DNA from: an uncultured Muribaculaceae bacterium | GTDB taxonomy: Bacteria > Bacteroidota > Bacteroidia > Bacteroidales > Muribaculaceae | Length of the DNA stretch: 64,000 bases | Reading direction: 5' to 3' | Assembly (NCBI GenBank): GCA_947386115.1 | Contig: CANDNO010000002.1 | Location: 10,965 to 74,964, forward strand | Program-made: the position numbers and the translations under genes | Notes under the pieces: model-generated | The model's database searches: none | Seen by the model: only the letters and a program-made list of their open reading frames with translations | Told to the model about the DNA's origin: nothing | Shown here: one piece after another, positions 50,429 through 59,071 of the stretch | Numbering within the stretch: position 1 is the first letter of the stretch | Layout: each line of letters starts with the position of its first letter

Positions 50429-51260
50429 GCATAATAAAATTCAGATTTTCAGCGACCGTAAAGTCCGCACAATTTGGGATAGCGACAATGAACAATGGTA
50501 CTTTTCAATCATCGATGTTGTAGCTGTCCTTACCGATAGTAACGATGCCTCTGCTTATTGGAGAAAACTAAAGCAACGACTAAAAGCCGAAGGCAATCAA
50601 AGTGTGACAAATTGTCACAGGTTGAAACTAAAGGCAGCCGACGGTAAGATGAGACTAACCGATGTGGCTGACCAACAGCAACTTTTCAGAATTATTCAAT
50701 CAATTCCATCACCAAAAGCCGAGCCTTTCAAGCAATGGATGGCACAGGTTGCGTCAACACGCCTCGACCAGATCCAGGATCCCGAACTATCAATCGAACA
50801 AGCTATTGTCGATTATCGAAATCTTGGTTACTCTGAGGAATGGATTAATCAACGGGTCAGAAGTATCGAAACCCGAAAGATGTTAACTGATGAATGGAAG
50901 CGAACCGGGATAAGAGATAGCCAATACGCAACATTAACCGACATAATAACTCAACAATGGAGCGGTTTTACTACTCGTGAATACAAGGGATTCAAAGGTT
51001 TGCACAAAGAATCTCTTCGCGACAACATGACAAATATAGAACTTGCCTTGAACATGCTTGCCGAAGCATCCACTACAGAAATTTCCAAACAGCAAGATCC
51101 CACAACATATTCCCATCAAAGACGCATTGCAAAAAGTGGAGGAAACGTAGCCAAAGCCGCAAGAGCCGAGCTTGAATCTAAGTTAGGTCGTTCTGTAATA
51201 TCTCCGGCAAAGGCCTCTGATTATCTTAAAACAGGAGATAAACCCACACAGATTGAATAA
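50421..51260 (+). CDS. Bro-N domain / DinD-like (DNA-damage-inducible protein D family) protein
   Basis: 279 aa. The N-terminus IQIFSDRKVRTIWDSDNEQWYFSIIDVVAVLT resembles Bro-N. The C-terminal part LRDNMTNIELALNMLAEASTTEIS resembles the DinD/antirepressor family. GC is visibly lower, and the start overlaps the upstream stop by 8 nt. Confidence 0.6.
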   Translation: MTKHNKIQIFSDRKVRTIWDSDNEQWYFSIIDVVAVLTDSNDASAYWRKLKQRLKAEGNQSVTNCHRLKLKAADGKMRLTDVADQQQLFRIIQSIPSPKAEPFKQWMAQVASTRLDQIQDPELSIEQAIVDYRNLGYSEEWINQRVRSIETRKMLTDEWKRTGIRDSQYATLTDIITQQWSGFTTREYKGFKGLHKESLRDNMTNIELALNMLAEASTTEISKQQDPTTYSHQRRIAKSGGNVAKAARAELESKLGRSVISPAKASDYLKTGDKPTQIE

Positions 51261-51312
51261 GCACATAGAAAATCATTATAACTCAATATATTAGCTTAGC
51301 GATTAGTGCACT

Positions 51313-52413
51313 ATGCAGCTGAATCACCTGATACTCAATAACTTCAAGAATATTACCGAGGCGTCGCTCGACTTCTCGCCTGCAATCAACTGCCTGCTCG
51401 GCAACAATGGCATGGGGAAAAGCAATCTTCTCGATGCCATATATTACCTGAGCTTTGCCCGAAGTTTCAGCGGTCTGCCCGACGCTCGCCTCGCAACACG
51501 AGGATGCGACTTCATGATGCTCCGAGGCGAATACACCCGCAAGGACACGGCCGAAGAGCTCACGGCCGGACTCGTCAACGGACGCCGCAAATCATTCAAG
51601 CGCGGAGGCAAGGAGTATCAGCGCCTAAGCGACCACATAGGCCTCTTCCCCCTCGTGCTCGTCTCGCCGGCCGACTCCGACCTCATAACCGGCACCGGCG
51701 AAGAACGCCGCCGCCTCATGGACATGGTGATATCTCAGGGCGATCCTGTCTATCTCGACCACCTGATACGCTACGGTCGCTCACTGCAACAACGCAACAA
51801 GCTACTGCACAACCACATAGTCGACCACAATCTGTATCTCGCCGTCGAAACGGCAATGGCCATGTCGGCCCACTACATCGTCTCGCGACGCCGACGCTGG
51901 GTCGAAGAGCTTACACCGCTGTTCACAAAGCTTTACAGCGACATAGCCGGCGACGGCGAAACACCCGCCATCGCCTATCGCACCCATCTCGACGACAATA
52001 CCACATTTGAATCGCTGCTCGACAACGCCCGGCGCCACGACGAGTCCGTAGGCTACACTACCGTAGGCCCCCACCGTGACGACCTCGAGCTGTCGCTCAA
52101 CGACCTCCCCGTAAGGCGCGCCGCCAGCCAGGGCCAGTGCAAATCGTTCACGATCGCGCTCCGCCTGGCCCAGTATGACTTCCTACACCGAGCCTCGGGT
52201 CTCACACCTCTGCTGCTGCTCGACGACATCTTCGACAAACTCGACGCCACCCGCGTTGAGCGCATCGTAGCAATCGTACGCGACAGCGAGCGGTTCGGCC
52301 AGATATTCATCACCGATACCAACCGCGACCACCTCGACTCGATCATGCGCCTCACCGGCGCACGATACAAGATGTGGCACGTGACCGACGGAAATTTCGA
52401 GCCGATAGTATGA
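51313..52413 (+). CDS. recF: DNA replication and repair protein RecF
   Basis: The N-terminus LNNFKN...LLGNNGMGKSNLLDAIYYL contains the Walker A motif, followed by the SMC-like signature and LLLLDDIFDKLD (Walker B). Confidence 0.9.
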   Translation: MQLNHLILNNFKNITEASLDFSPAINCLLGNNGMGKSNLLDAIYYLSFARSFSGLPDARLATRGCDFMMLRGEYTRKDTAEELTAGLVNGRRKSFKRGGKEYQRLSDHIGLFPLVLVSPADSDLITGTGEERRRLMDMVISQGDPVYLDHLIRYGRSLQQRNKLLHNHIVDHNLYLAVETAMAMSAHYIVSRRRRWVEELTPLFTKLYSDIAGDGETPAIAYRTHLDDNTTFESLLDNARRHDESVGYTTVGPHRDDLELSLNDLPVRRAASQGQCKSFTIALRLAQYDFLHRASGLTPLLLLDDIFDKLDATRVERIVAIVRDSERFGQIFITDTNRDHLDSIMRLTGARYKMWHVTDGNFEPIV

Positions 52414-52700
52414 AACGCAGCGACCCACTCTCGATCAAGGAACTCATCGACCGCGTTCTCGACGACGACAGCGTGCGCGATGCCGCCCGCGCCCAACGCC
52501 TCTGCTACCTCTGGCCCGAAATCGTAGGGCAAGGCATAAACCGATACACTACACGGCGATATGTAGCCGACGGAATACTCCACGTTTACCTCTCGTCGGC
52601 ACCGCTTAAAAACGAGCTTCAGTTTCACCGCTCGCGCCTCGTCGACGTGCTGAACCAAGCCGTAGGAGCCGACGTTATAACCGATATCCATATACACTGA
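52410..52700 (+). CDS. DUF721-family protein (the small protein usually adjacent to recF)
   Basis: 96 aa in the conserved position after recF, with an ATGA overlap. The pattern is MKRSDPLSIKELIDRVL...LHVYLSSAPLKNEL. Confidence 0.6.
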   Translation: MKRSDPLSIKELIDRVLDDDSVRDAARAQRLCYLWPEIVGQGINRYTTRRYVADGILHVYLSSAPLKNELQFHRSRLVDVLNQAVGADVITDIHIH

Positions 52701-52703
52701 ACA

Positions 52704-53180
52704 ATGAAACAACCTATAGAATTCCCCCCCTCGACAAATCCTCGAGTACCCGAACCCATAGCACCCTTCTACCACGCCGTGCCACTTCAGATACGTTTCA
52801 ACGACATCGACATGCTCGGCCACATGAACAACGGCGTCTACCTCACGTTCATGGACCTGGGCAAAGCCCACTATTTCAACGACGTGATGGAAAACCGCGT
52901 CGACTGGCACAACATCAACGTCGCCGTCGTCAACATCAACGTCAACTTCTACGCCCCCACCTACCTTGACAGCCACATAAGCGTGCTCACAGCCGTAACC
53001 CGCATCTCCAAACACAGCATGACCATGGAGCAGCGCATCGTCGACACCGACACCGGCGAAGTAAAATGCCAGGCCATCACCATCATGGCCGGCTACGACG
53101 CCAAGACCGCCACCTCCCTTCCCATCGACCCCGCCTGGCGCCAAGCCATCGAAGACTGGGAGCAACGCCCCCTCTCCTAA
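52704..53180 (+). CDS. 4HBT/YbgC-type acyl-CoA thioesterase
   Basis: PLQIRFNDIDMLGHMNNGVYLTFMDLG is the hotdog-fold thioesterase signature. Confidence 0.7.
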   Translation: MKQPIEFPPSTNPRVPEPIAPFYHAVPLQIRFNDIDMLGHMNNGVYLTFMDLGKAHYFNDVMENRVDWHNINVAVVNINVNFYAPTYLDSHISVLTAVTRISKHSMTMEQRIVDTDTGEVKCQAITIMAGYDAKTATSLPIDPAWRQAIEDWEQRPLS

Positions 53181-53187
53181 CCCCGCA

Positions 53188-53396
53188 CCTTGAACCTTAT
53201 TCAACGCGGCACCCCGCCACCAACAATCAGGATGCCTCGCACCTTGTACCTCGTGCCTTGAACCTTATTCAACGCGGTACCCCGCGTTCCTACAATCAGG
53301 ATGCCTCGTACCTTGTACCTCGAGCCTAGTACCTTTTTTGTCTCCGGCCGGCGCGATTCATCGCGCCAAGTACAGCCTATCAATCAATATATTGAG
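53188..53396 (+). repeat. Composite intergenic repeat: a 68-bp unit in tandem x2 (53188-53255, 53256-53323), then a GC hairpin and the ATCAATATATTG palindrome
   Basis: The unit is CCTTGAACCTTATTCAACGCGG.ACCCCGC...ACAATCAGGATGCCTCG.ACCTTGTACCTCG. It is followed by TACCTTTTTTGTCTCCGGCCGGCGCGATTCATCGCGCC. The stretch 53256-53396 is homologous to 56515-56675. Confidence 0.85.
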
Positions 53397-53484
53397 CATC
53401 AATTTACGATAACGCGGCACGCCGCGTCCAAACAATTAGCGATATCACGTCTAAACCGATATTGTATATTACGACATTTTGACG

Positions 53485-53492
53485 TATATTTG
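53485..53492 (+). promoter_or_regulatory. -7 box (TATATTTG) for the 53523 gene
   Basis: Matches TAnnTTTG, 31 nt upstream of ATG 53523. Confidence 0.45.
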
Positions 53493-53522
53493 TGCGATTG
53501 TTTTACAAATTACTACATTTTT

Positions 53523-54971
53523 ATGAGAATTCATCAAATGATGCTCGCAGCCGCCATGTGTTTTGTTCCAGGCTGGCAGGCTGCCGCCCAATGGCAGACA
53601 ATAGGTACAGGCGTCTATCACGAAGATTTAATTCCCGATTTTGACGGGACTTGCGAACGTGGCATGAAGTGGAATGTCACTATCGAAGAGAACACCGAGA
53701 CACCCGGACTATACCGTTTCGTTCCATACCACAAATATAGCGGCATCGCGGAGTGGATTACCGCGTCAGATGACGTGACATGCATGATTATTCATGCCGA
53801 GAATCCCGACAAGGTATGGATGGAAGATTTCAAGCCCTACCCCGAGTATGAGATGTTCTGGTTTACCCATATGGTGCCGGAAAGCGGCTGGGAAGCCGAA
53901 CCGGCCGGATACGGAATACTTTCTGAAGGAGTTATTTCCTTTCCCGCCAGCTGCATGGCGTTCGTCAACATCTATGACGAGAATCAGCAATGGTTCGCGA
54001 CAAACACCAGCGGTTCTTTTAAAATAGAACTTCCCGGTGGTGAAAGCTACGAAGATTACAGCCTGTTTCTTGAGAATCCCTACTGTGGTGCCGACAATAG
54101 TGTGCCCGTAACCATAACATGTGGCAACTCAACAGCTTCAATGAAGTATGCCATCTATAAAGGTCCGAAAGAAGCCGACGCGCAACTTGCGGCTGACATT
54201 GCTGCCAACGGCACATTGATTGAAAAAGGAGAACAGTCGATAAAGTGTCCGGCTCACGGTATGTACACGCTCGTTGTCGTCACGCTCGACAACAACGGCA
54301 ACCTTAAAGAATATAAGAAAACCGAGATATACGGACTGTATGACAATGACGATGATTGGAAATCACTCGGAAAGACGACCTATCACGAAGCGATCATTGC
54401 CGAGCACTATGAATATGACTACACTGACCTTCAGGTAGAAATACAGGAAAACATCCATACTCCCGGTTATTATCGACTCGTCAATCCCTACGCAGAGTAT
54501 GAGTACAATTACATTGAGCGTGTAGACGGGCATAACCACTACATGTATATCCATGCCGAAAATCCTAAAGCCGTGTGGATTGAAAACTCACCCTTAGGTG
54601 CCGATTTCGGCTATGGCGACGGCCGTATATCATCGGTAGTTGCACAAGCTATTGAAAACGGATTTACCCTCCAGGAAGCACTTGACAGCGGTCTCGAAGT
54701 AGGCTTCATAAACAATGAAAACGCAATCGTGTTCCCCGAATGGGGCATCAAATATGCCGATCGTGATTACTTCGATGGCGAATGGTATTCGTCGGGCCTT
54801 GGTTTTAAACTTCAATTGCCGGATAACGCAGGAATAGATTCCATCATATCTCAAGACGACAACACTCCCGTCCAATACTACAACATGCAGGGAATCAAGC
54901 TCAACAGCAAGCCCTCGGGCATCATGTACATCGAGAAACACGGCTCGACGGTAACAAAACACATCAATTAA
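53523..54971 (+). CDS. Secreted protein of unknown function with an internally duplicated domain and a T9SS C-terminal sorting domain
   Basis: SPI signal peptide (MRIHQMMLAAAMCFVPGWQAAAQ). Two paralogous modules are present: W.T.G.G.YHEDLI..IEENTETPGLYRFV..IIHAENPDKVWMEDF and WKSLGKTTYHEAII..IQENIHTPGYYRLV..YIHAENPKAVWIENS. The C-terminus is VQYYNMQGIKLNSKPSGIMYIEKHG. The track N-terminal extension runs through the repeat and was rejected. Confidence 0.65.
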   Translation: MRIHQMMLAAAMCFVPGWQAAAQWQTIGTGVYHEDLIPDFDGTCERGMKWNVTIEENTETPGLYRFVPYHKYSGIAEWITASDDVTCMIIHAENPDKVWMEDFKPYPEYEMFWFTHMVPESGWEAEPAGYGILSEGVISFPASCMAFVNIYDENQQWFATNTSGSFKIELPGGESYEDYSLFLENPYCGADNSVPVTITCGNSTASMKYAIYKGPKEADAQLAADIAANGTLIEKGEQSIKCPAHGMYTLVVVTLDNNGNLKEYKKTEIYGLYDNDDDWKSLGKTTYHEAIIAEHYEYDYTDLQVEIQENIHTPGYYRLVNPYAEYEYNYIERVDGHNHYMYIHAENPKAVWIENSPLGADFGYGDGRISSVVAQAIENGFTLQEALDSGLEVGFINNENAIVFPEWGIKYADRDYFDGEWYSSGLGFKLQLPDNAGIDSIISQDDNTPVQYYNMQGIKLNSKPSGIMYIEKHGSTVTKHIN

Positions 54972-54991
54972 CGACAGCTTCTATATCAATA

Positions 54992-55034
54992 AAGCCTCGG
55001 CTCCACATCAATGGAACCGAGGCTTCATTATTTT
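54992..55034. terminator. Bidirectional hairpin terminator between convergent genes
   Basis: AAGCCTCGGCTCC-loop-GGAACCGAGGCTT followed by CATTATTTT, with an A-rich upstream flank. Confidence 0.7.
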
Positions 55035-55044
55035 AAACTGTTGA

Positions 55045-56289
55045 TTACTTATCGGCTACCGCACGGAGTGACATTCCTTGTGAACGACGGTCCTTATTTA
55101 CCTTGAAGGTACGCTTGCCATTGATAATAAACATATATTGACCATACAAAGTAGGATTGGCAACCAAATCGGCCGATGCTTTGCCGGCAGTACCTATCCA
55201 CAAACCACTGTAATGGTTCATATCGGGGAAATCGCAACCGCCCGACACATAGGCACGTGTGCCTGTAGCAGGGAACCACTGGCCATCCTGCATCGCGCCC
55301 TTGTTCGCATCATCCCACGTCATCGAAGCATATTTAAGCCATGCATAAGGTGTTGCGCCCGAGGCATCGCAAACCGGCACCTTCCATCCGGGAGGACAAG
55401 GATCATACATTGATTTTTTCATAGAAACACCGCCCCAACGGTCATCATCCGACACGTCCGACCAGTCGCCCGACAACGGATCATTCAGCCTTATTTCATC
55501 ACCGTACTCGTCAAGTTCGCCAGTATAAATATAAGTCATCGCATAGAATGTCATAGGATTAGCGACCGACAGATCAACCGTTCCGTGAACATCGGTAAGA
55601 GAACTGATCTTAGACAGCTTATTATTTTCGATATCATACAAAGTAGCTTCACCATCTTTGCCGCTCACATAGTTGTAGTTCTCGTCGAGCTCAGTATAGG
55701 AGACCGGAGCAGGGAAAGGATCCTTGCGGCCCCATTGATATATAAGGCCATGCGTAGCGAAACCGGCCGACGGGTCAGCACTCAACGCTCCAAGATTACG
55801 GTCCATAAATGTCCATGTAGTACCATCGGCATTAGCCTCGGTGGTAAATGCAGTAGCATCCGGATTATAATCAGTCACCCACAAGTGCCAGCTCCATAAC
55901 ACATTTCCTGCATCATCCACAGCGGCAACAAGAGCATTACCCTCCTCTTCGCCGAGCCACACAACAGCCATCTTTTCATCAACGGCATACTTCACATCCT
56001 TGACAAGGGATACCTTATCCATCCACACGAGTTTTACGCCGGCCACATCTCCTACTTCCACCGTTTTGGAATTGCCTTTATATTGTGTGCTGAAAGCTAC
56101 AACCTTACCGGGCGAAGCCAAATAGCAGTTTGCCGTTTCTACACTTGACAGAATCGAGGCATCCTCAGGAACTGTCACCTTAAAATAATCATCAATAGCA
56201 CCATTACCGTTGTCGTCATCGCTGCACGAGGTCAAGTTCAAAGACAGAACACCGGCAACAGCAATAATACCTAATTTGAAACCTTTCAT
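55045..56289 (-). CDS. Lipoprotein of unknown function with a FISUMP/DUF1566-like C-terminal region
   Basis: Lipobox (LNLTSC). The motifs are ANCYLA, WSWHLWVTDYNP, WTFMDRNLGA, LIYQWGRKDPFP and YDPCPPGWKVP. The family assignment is from memory only. Confidence 0.5.
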   Translation of the reverse strand: MKGFKLGIIAVAGVLSLNLTSCSDDDNGNGAIDDYFKVTVPEDASILSSVETANCYLASPGKVVAFSTQYKGNSKTVEVGDVAGVKLVWMDKVSLVKDVKYAVDEKMAVVWLGEEEGNALVAAVDDAGNVLWSWHLWVTDYNPDATAFTTEANADGTTWTFMDRNLGALSADPSAGFATHGLIYQWGRKDPFPAPVSYTELDENYNYVSGKDGEATLYDIENNKLSKISSLTDVHGTVDLSVANPMTFYAMTYIYTGELDEYGDEIRLNDPLSGDWSDVSDDDRWGGVSMKKSMYDPCPPGWKVPVCDASGATPYAWLKYASMTWDDANKGAMQDGQWFPATGTRAYVSGGCDFPDMNHYSGLWIGTAGKASADLVANPTLYGQYMFIINGKRTFKVNKDRRSQGMSLRAVADK

Positions 56290-56329
56290 AAAAAATACTT
56301 AGAATTGGATTAATACTTGATTTATGTTG

Positions 56330-56337
56330 CAAATTTA
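56330..56337 (-). promoter_or_regulatory. -7 box (TAAATTTG on the minus strand) for the 56289 lipoprotein gene
   Basis: The plus strand reads CAAATTTA, 41 nt upstream of ATG 56289. Confidence 0.45.
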
Positions 56338-56454
56338 TACATTCTCACCACTCCAATCAACAAATTTTCACAAAAACCTCAAAATAAACTACAATTCATC
56401 ACCAAACTCAACAATCCGGCTAATAAAAACCATACATACAATCCACCCCGCGCC

Positions 56455-56718
56455 CCGAACCTCGTGCCCCGTGCCTTGACCTTGAACCTTGTACCTCGTG
56501 CCTTGAACCTCGTGCCTTGAACCTTATTCAACGCGGCACGCCGCGTTCCTACAATCAGGATGTCTCGTACCTTGAACCTTGTACCTCGCACCTCGCGCCT
56601 CTCCCCCGTACCTTTTTTGTCTCCGGTTGGCGCGATTTATCGCGCCGTTATGGGTTAATTATCAATATATTGCAGTTTTGCCGGGTTTACGCGGCACGCC
56701 GCGTCCCTACAATTAGGG
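56455..56718 (+). repeat. Composite intergenic repeat: period-8 array, REP-like hairpin unit, a second 8-mer stretch, a GC hairpin, the ATCAATATATTG palindrome and a second REP-like unit
   Basis: 56455-56524 holds units such as CCTCGTGC, CCTTGAAC and CCTTGTAC. 56530-56560 reads AACGCGGCACGCCGCGTTCCTACAATCAGGA. 56628-56646 reads GGCGCGATTTATCGCGCC. 56689-56718 reads ACGCGGCACGCCGCGTCCCTACAATTAGGG. Confidence 0.85.
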
Positions 56719-56785
56719 AGCTACACACCTCATACCTTGCGGGTTGAAGCTATGCTGTAAATTTGAATTATCCGATTATATTCGC

Positions 56786-56793
56786 TAAATTTG
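56786..56793 (+). promoter_or_regulatory. -7 box (TAAATTTG) for dnaX
   Basis: Matches TAnnTTTG, 22 nt upstream of ATG 56815. Confidence 0.5.
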
Positions 56794-56814
56794 CCGATAT
56801 AAGACTTATTCAAA

Positions 56815-58578
56815 ATGGAGAAATATATAGTATCGGCACGCAAGTACCGCCCGTCGACGTTTGCAAGCGTCGTGGGGCAGACTGCACTGACGTCGACGCT
56901 CAAAAACGCCATCGCTACCGACAGGCTGGCTCACGCCTACCTATTCTGCGGTTCGCGCGGTGTGGGCAAGACATCCTGTGCACGCGTTTTTGCCAAAACG
57001 ATAAACTGCGAACACCGCACTCCCGACGGCGATCCATGCAACGAGTGTGACTCTTGCCGTGCGTTCAACAACGGCTCGTCGCTCAATATCGTCGAACTCG
57101 ACGCTGCGTCAAACAACGGTGTCGATGACATCCGCAGCCTCGTCGAGCAAGTGCAGGTTCCTCCCACCAACGGCCTGTACCGAGTGTTCATCATCGACGA
57201 GGTTCACATGCTCTCGGCAGCGGCATTCAATGCCTTCCTCAAGACGCTCGAGGAGCCGCCAAGCTACGTCGTGTTCATCCTCGCCACCACCGAGAAACAC
57301 AAGATCATTCCCACCATCCTGTCGCGATGCCAGATATACGACTTCAACCGCATCACTATCCAGGACATGGTCAACCATCTGGAATACGTGGCATCGCAGG
57401 AGGGCATTACCGCCGAGCGCGCTGCCCTGGGAGTGATCGCGTCAAAGGCCGACGGTGCCATGCGCGACGCTCTGTCGATATTCGACCAGGTGGCAGCATC
57501 ATCGCGTGGCAACATCACCTACCGCAGCACCATCGAGAACCTCAACGTGCTCGATTCGGCCTACTTCAGCCGACTCGTCGACTGCTTCCTTGCAAGCGAC
57601 GTACCCGGCGCACTGCTCGTGTACAAGGAGATACGCGACCACGGCTTTGACTCGCACGCGTTTATCAACGGGCTCGCGGCCTATATACGCGACCTCATGG
57701 TCACCCGCGAGGAATCTACACGCAGCCTTGTCGACACCGACGAAGCCACACTGAAACTCATGACCGACCAGGCAGCCAAGTGCACGCCTACGTTCCTCTA
57801 TCAAGCCATGAGCCTGTGCAACGACGCCGACCTCAACTACCGCCAGGCAACGGCCAAGACATTCCTCGTCGAGCTCCTGCTCATCAAACTGTGCCAACTA
57901 CTCAGCCCCTCCCCCATCTTTAGTGGCGACGGAGAGGGGCAGTTGAAACCCTTGCAGGCGGCTGTACAACAGCCCGCCATGCCCGCCACGCCCCAGGTAC
58001 AGCAACCGCGCCCGGCAGCGCCTCAGGTCCAGCAGCCGGCCCCCGCACCGCGTGCCTCATTTACCCCGGCACCGGCACCGGCCACAGCCCGGCCTGAAGC
58101 AAGACGACGCGCTGCCACTGTACCCCACACGATAAGCATTCGCAACCCCGAGGCTACACTACACCCCGAGACAGCATCATCGCCTGCCACCTCGTCGGCC
58201 CCACGCCGCGACTCGGCCTACAACGAGAAGCAACTCTCGGCCGCATGGGAAGCCTATATGGCAGCCAACCCTACGCGCCACATCCTCGTCAACACCATGA
58301 GGGCGAGCCATCCTGTAGCCGCCGAGGGCCGGGCCCACATATTCACGGTAACAGTCGAGAATCCCGCCCAGCAAGAGATGCTCGAAGCCGAGATGCCGGC
58401 GCTGCTCGAACACATACACAACGCCCTCGACAACGACTTCGTAACCTTCGAGATAGCTCTCAACCAGGGCGTCTCGAGCCCCTCGACATGGAGCGAGCGC
58501 GAGATTGTAGCCTATATGTCCGAATCTTATCCCAACATGAAGAAATTCATGAGCGAACTCAAACTATCACTCACTTGA
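56815..58578 (+). CDS. dnaX: DNA polymerase III subunit gamma/tau
   Basis: ARKYRPSTFASVVGQ..., GSRGVGKTSCARVFAK (Walker A), a Cys4 zinc module (CNECDSC), IIDEVHMLS and SRCQ. The linker is P/Q/A-rich with PQVQQP repeats. Confidence 0.9.
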   Translation: MEKYIVSARKYRPSTFASVVGQTALTSTLKNAIATDRLAHAYLFCGSRGVGKTSCARVFAKTINCEHRTPDGDPCNECDSCRAFNNGSSLNIVELDAASNNGVDDIRSLVEQVQVPPTNGLYRVFIIDEVHMLSAAAFNAFLKTLEEPPSYVVFILATTEKHKIIPTILSRCQIYDFNRITIQDMVNHLEYVASQEGITAERAALGVIASKADGAMRDALSIFDQVAASSRGNITYRSTIENLNVLDSAYFSRLVDCFLASDVPGALLVYKEIRDHGFDSHAFINGLAAYIRDLMVTREESTRSLVDTDEATLKLMTDQAAKCTPTFLYQAMSLCNDADLNYRQATAKTFLVELLLIKLCQLLSPSPIFSGDGEGQLKPLQAAVQQPAMPATPQVQQPRPAAPQVQQPAPAPRASFTPAPAPATARPEARRRAATVPHTISIRNPEATLHPETASSPATSSAPRRDSAYNEKQLSAAWEAYMAANPTRHILVNTMRASHPVAAEGRAHIFTVTVENPAQQEMLEAEMPALLEHIHNALDNDFVTFEIALNQGVSSPSTWSEREIVAYMSESYPNMKKFMSELKLSLT

Positions 58579-58625
58579 CATTGTTCTAACAAAGTATAAA
58601 ATTTGACAAAATAATTAATAACACT

Positions 58626-59060
58626 ATGGGTAAATTCCTTTCTGATTTCAAAGCGTTTGCCATGAAGGGCAACGTCATCGACATGGCAGTCGGTGTTATC
58701 ATCGGCGGTGCGTTCGGCAAGATTGTAACATCGCTTGTCAACGACATACTCATGCCCGTGATCTCCATCCTCACCGGAGGCGAAGGCTACAAGAATCTCA
58801 AGTATATCATCACCCCCGAGGTTAAAGATGCCGCCGGCACAGTCACCGTACAGGAGGTTGCCGTCAACTACGGCATGTTCATCCAGAACATCGTTGACTT
58901 CCTCATTATCGCCTTCAGCATCTTCGTAGCTCTCCGCGTGATAATGAAATTCAAGAAGAAAGAGGAAGAAGCACCCGCACCTGCTCCCGCTCCCACCAAG
59001 GAGGAAGTTCTTCTCACCGAGATTCGCGATCTGTTGCAGAAGCAGGCCGACAAGAAGTAA
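58626..59060 (+). CDS. mscL: Large-conductance mechanosensitive channel
   Basis: [37 protein letters not shown] is the canonical MscL TM1 signature. Confidence 0.9.
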   Translation: MGKFLSDFKAFAMKGNVIDMAVGVIIGGAFGKIVTSLVNDILMPVISILTGGEGYKNLKYIITPEVKDAAGTVTVQEVAVNYGMFIQNIVDFLIIAFSIFVALRVIMKFKKKEEEAPAPAPAPTKEEVLLTEIRDLLQKQADKK

Positions 59061-59071
59061 TCACCGACGCT

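Noticed and set aside
52053-53204. A 383-aa minus-strand ORF.
   Set aside because: It is antisense to the recF end, DUF721 and the thioesterase, all of which are recognisable. The translation is dominated by V, G, D and H repeats.
53201-53383. Short ORFs across the intergenic repeats (also 53066-53329, 56317-56591, 59668-59957, on both strands).
   Set aside because: The translations are periodic (RGTRFKV.., LVPRALNLVP.., EPRTSNLEPRT). They are produced by the period-8 DNA repeats. There is no start context, and the same DNA recurs at several loci.
56815-58578. A programmed -1 frameshift site in dnaX (A AAA AAG type), as in E. coli.
   Set aside because: I found no A-AAA-AAG heptamer followed by a hairpin in the gene by eye, so no claim is made.
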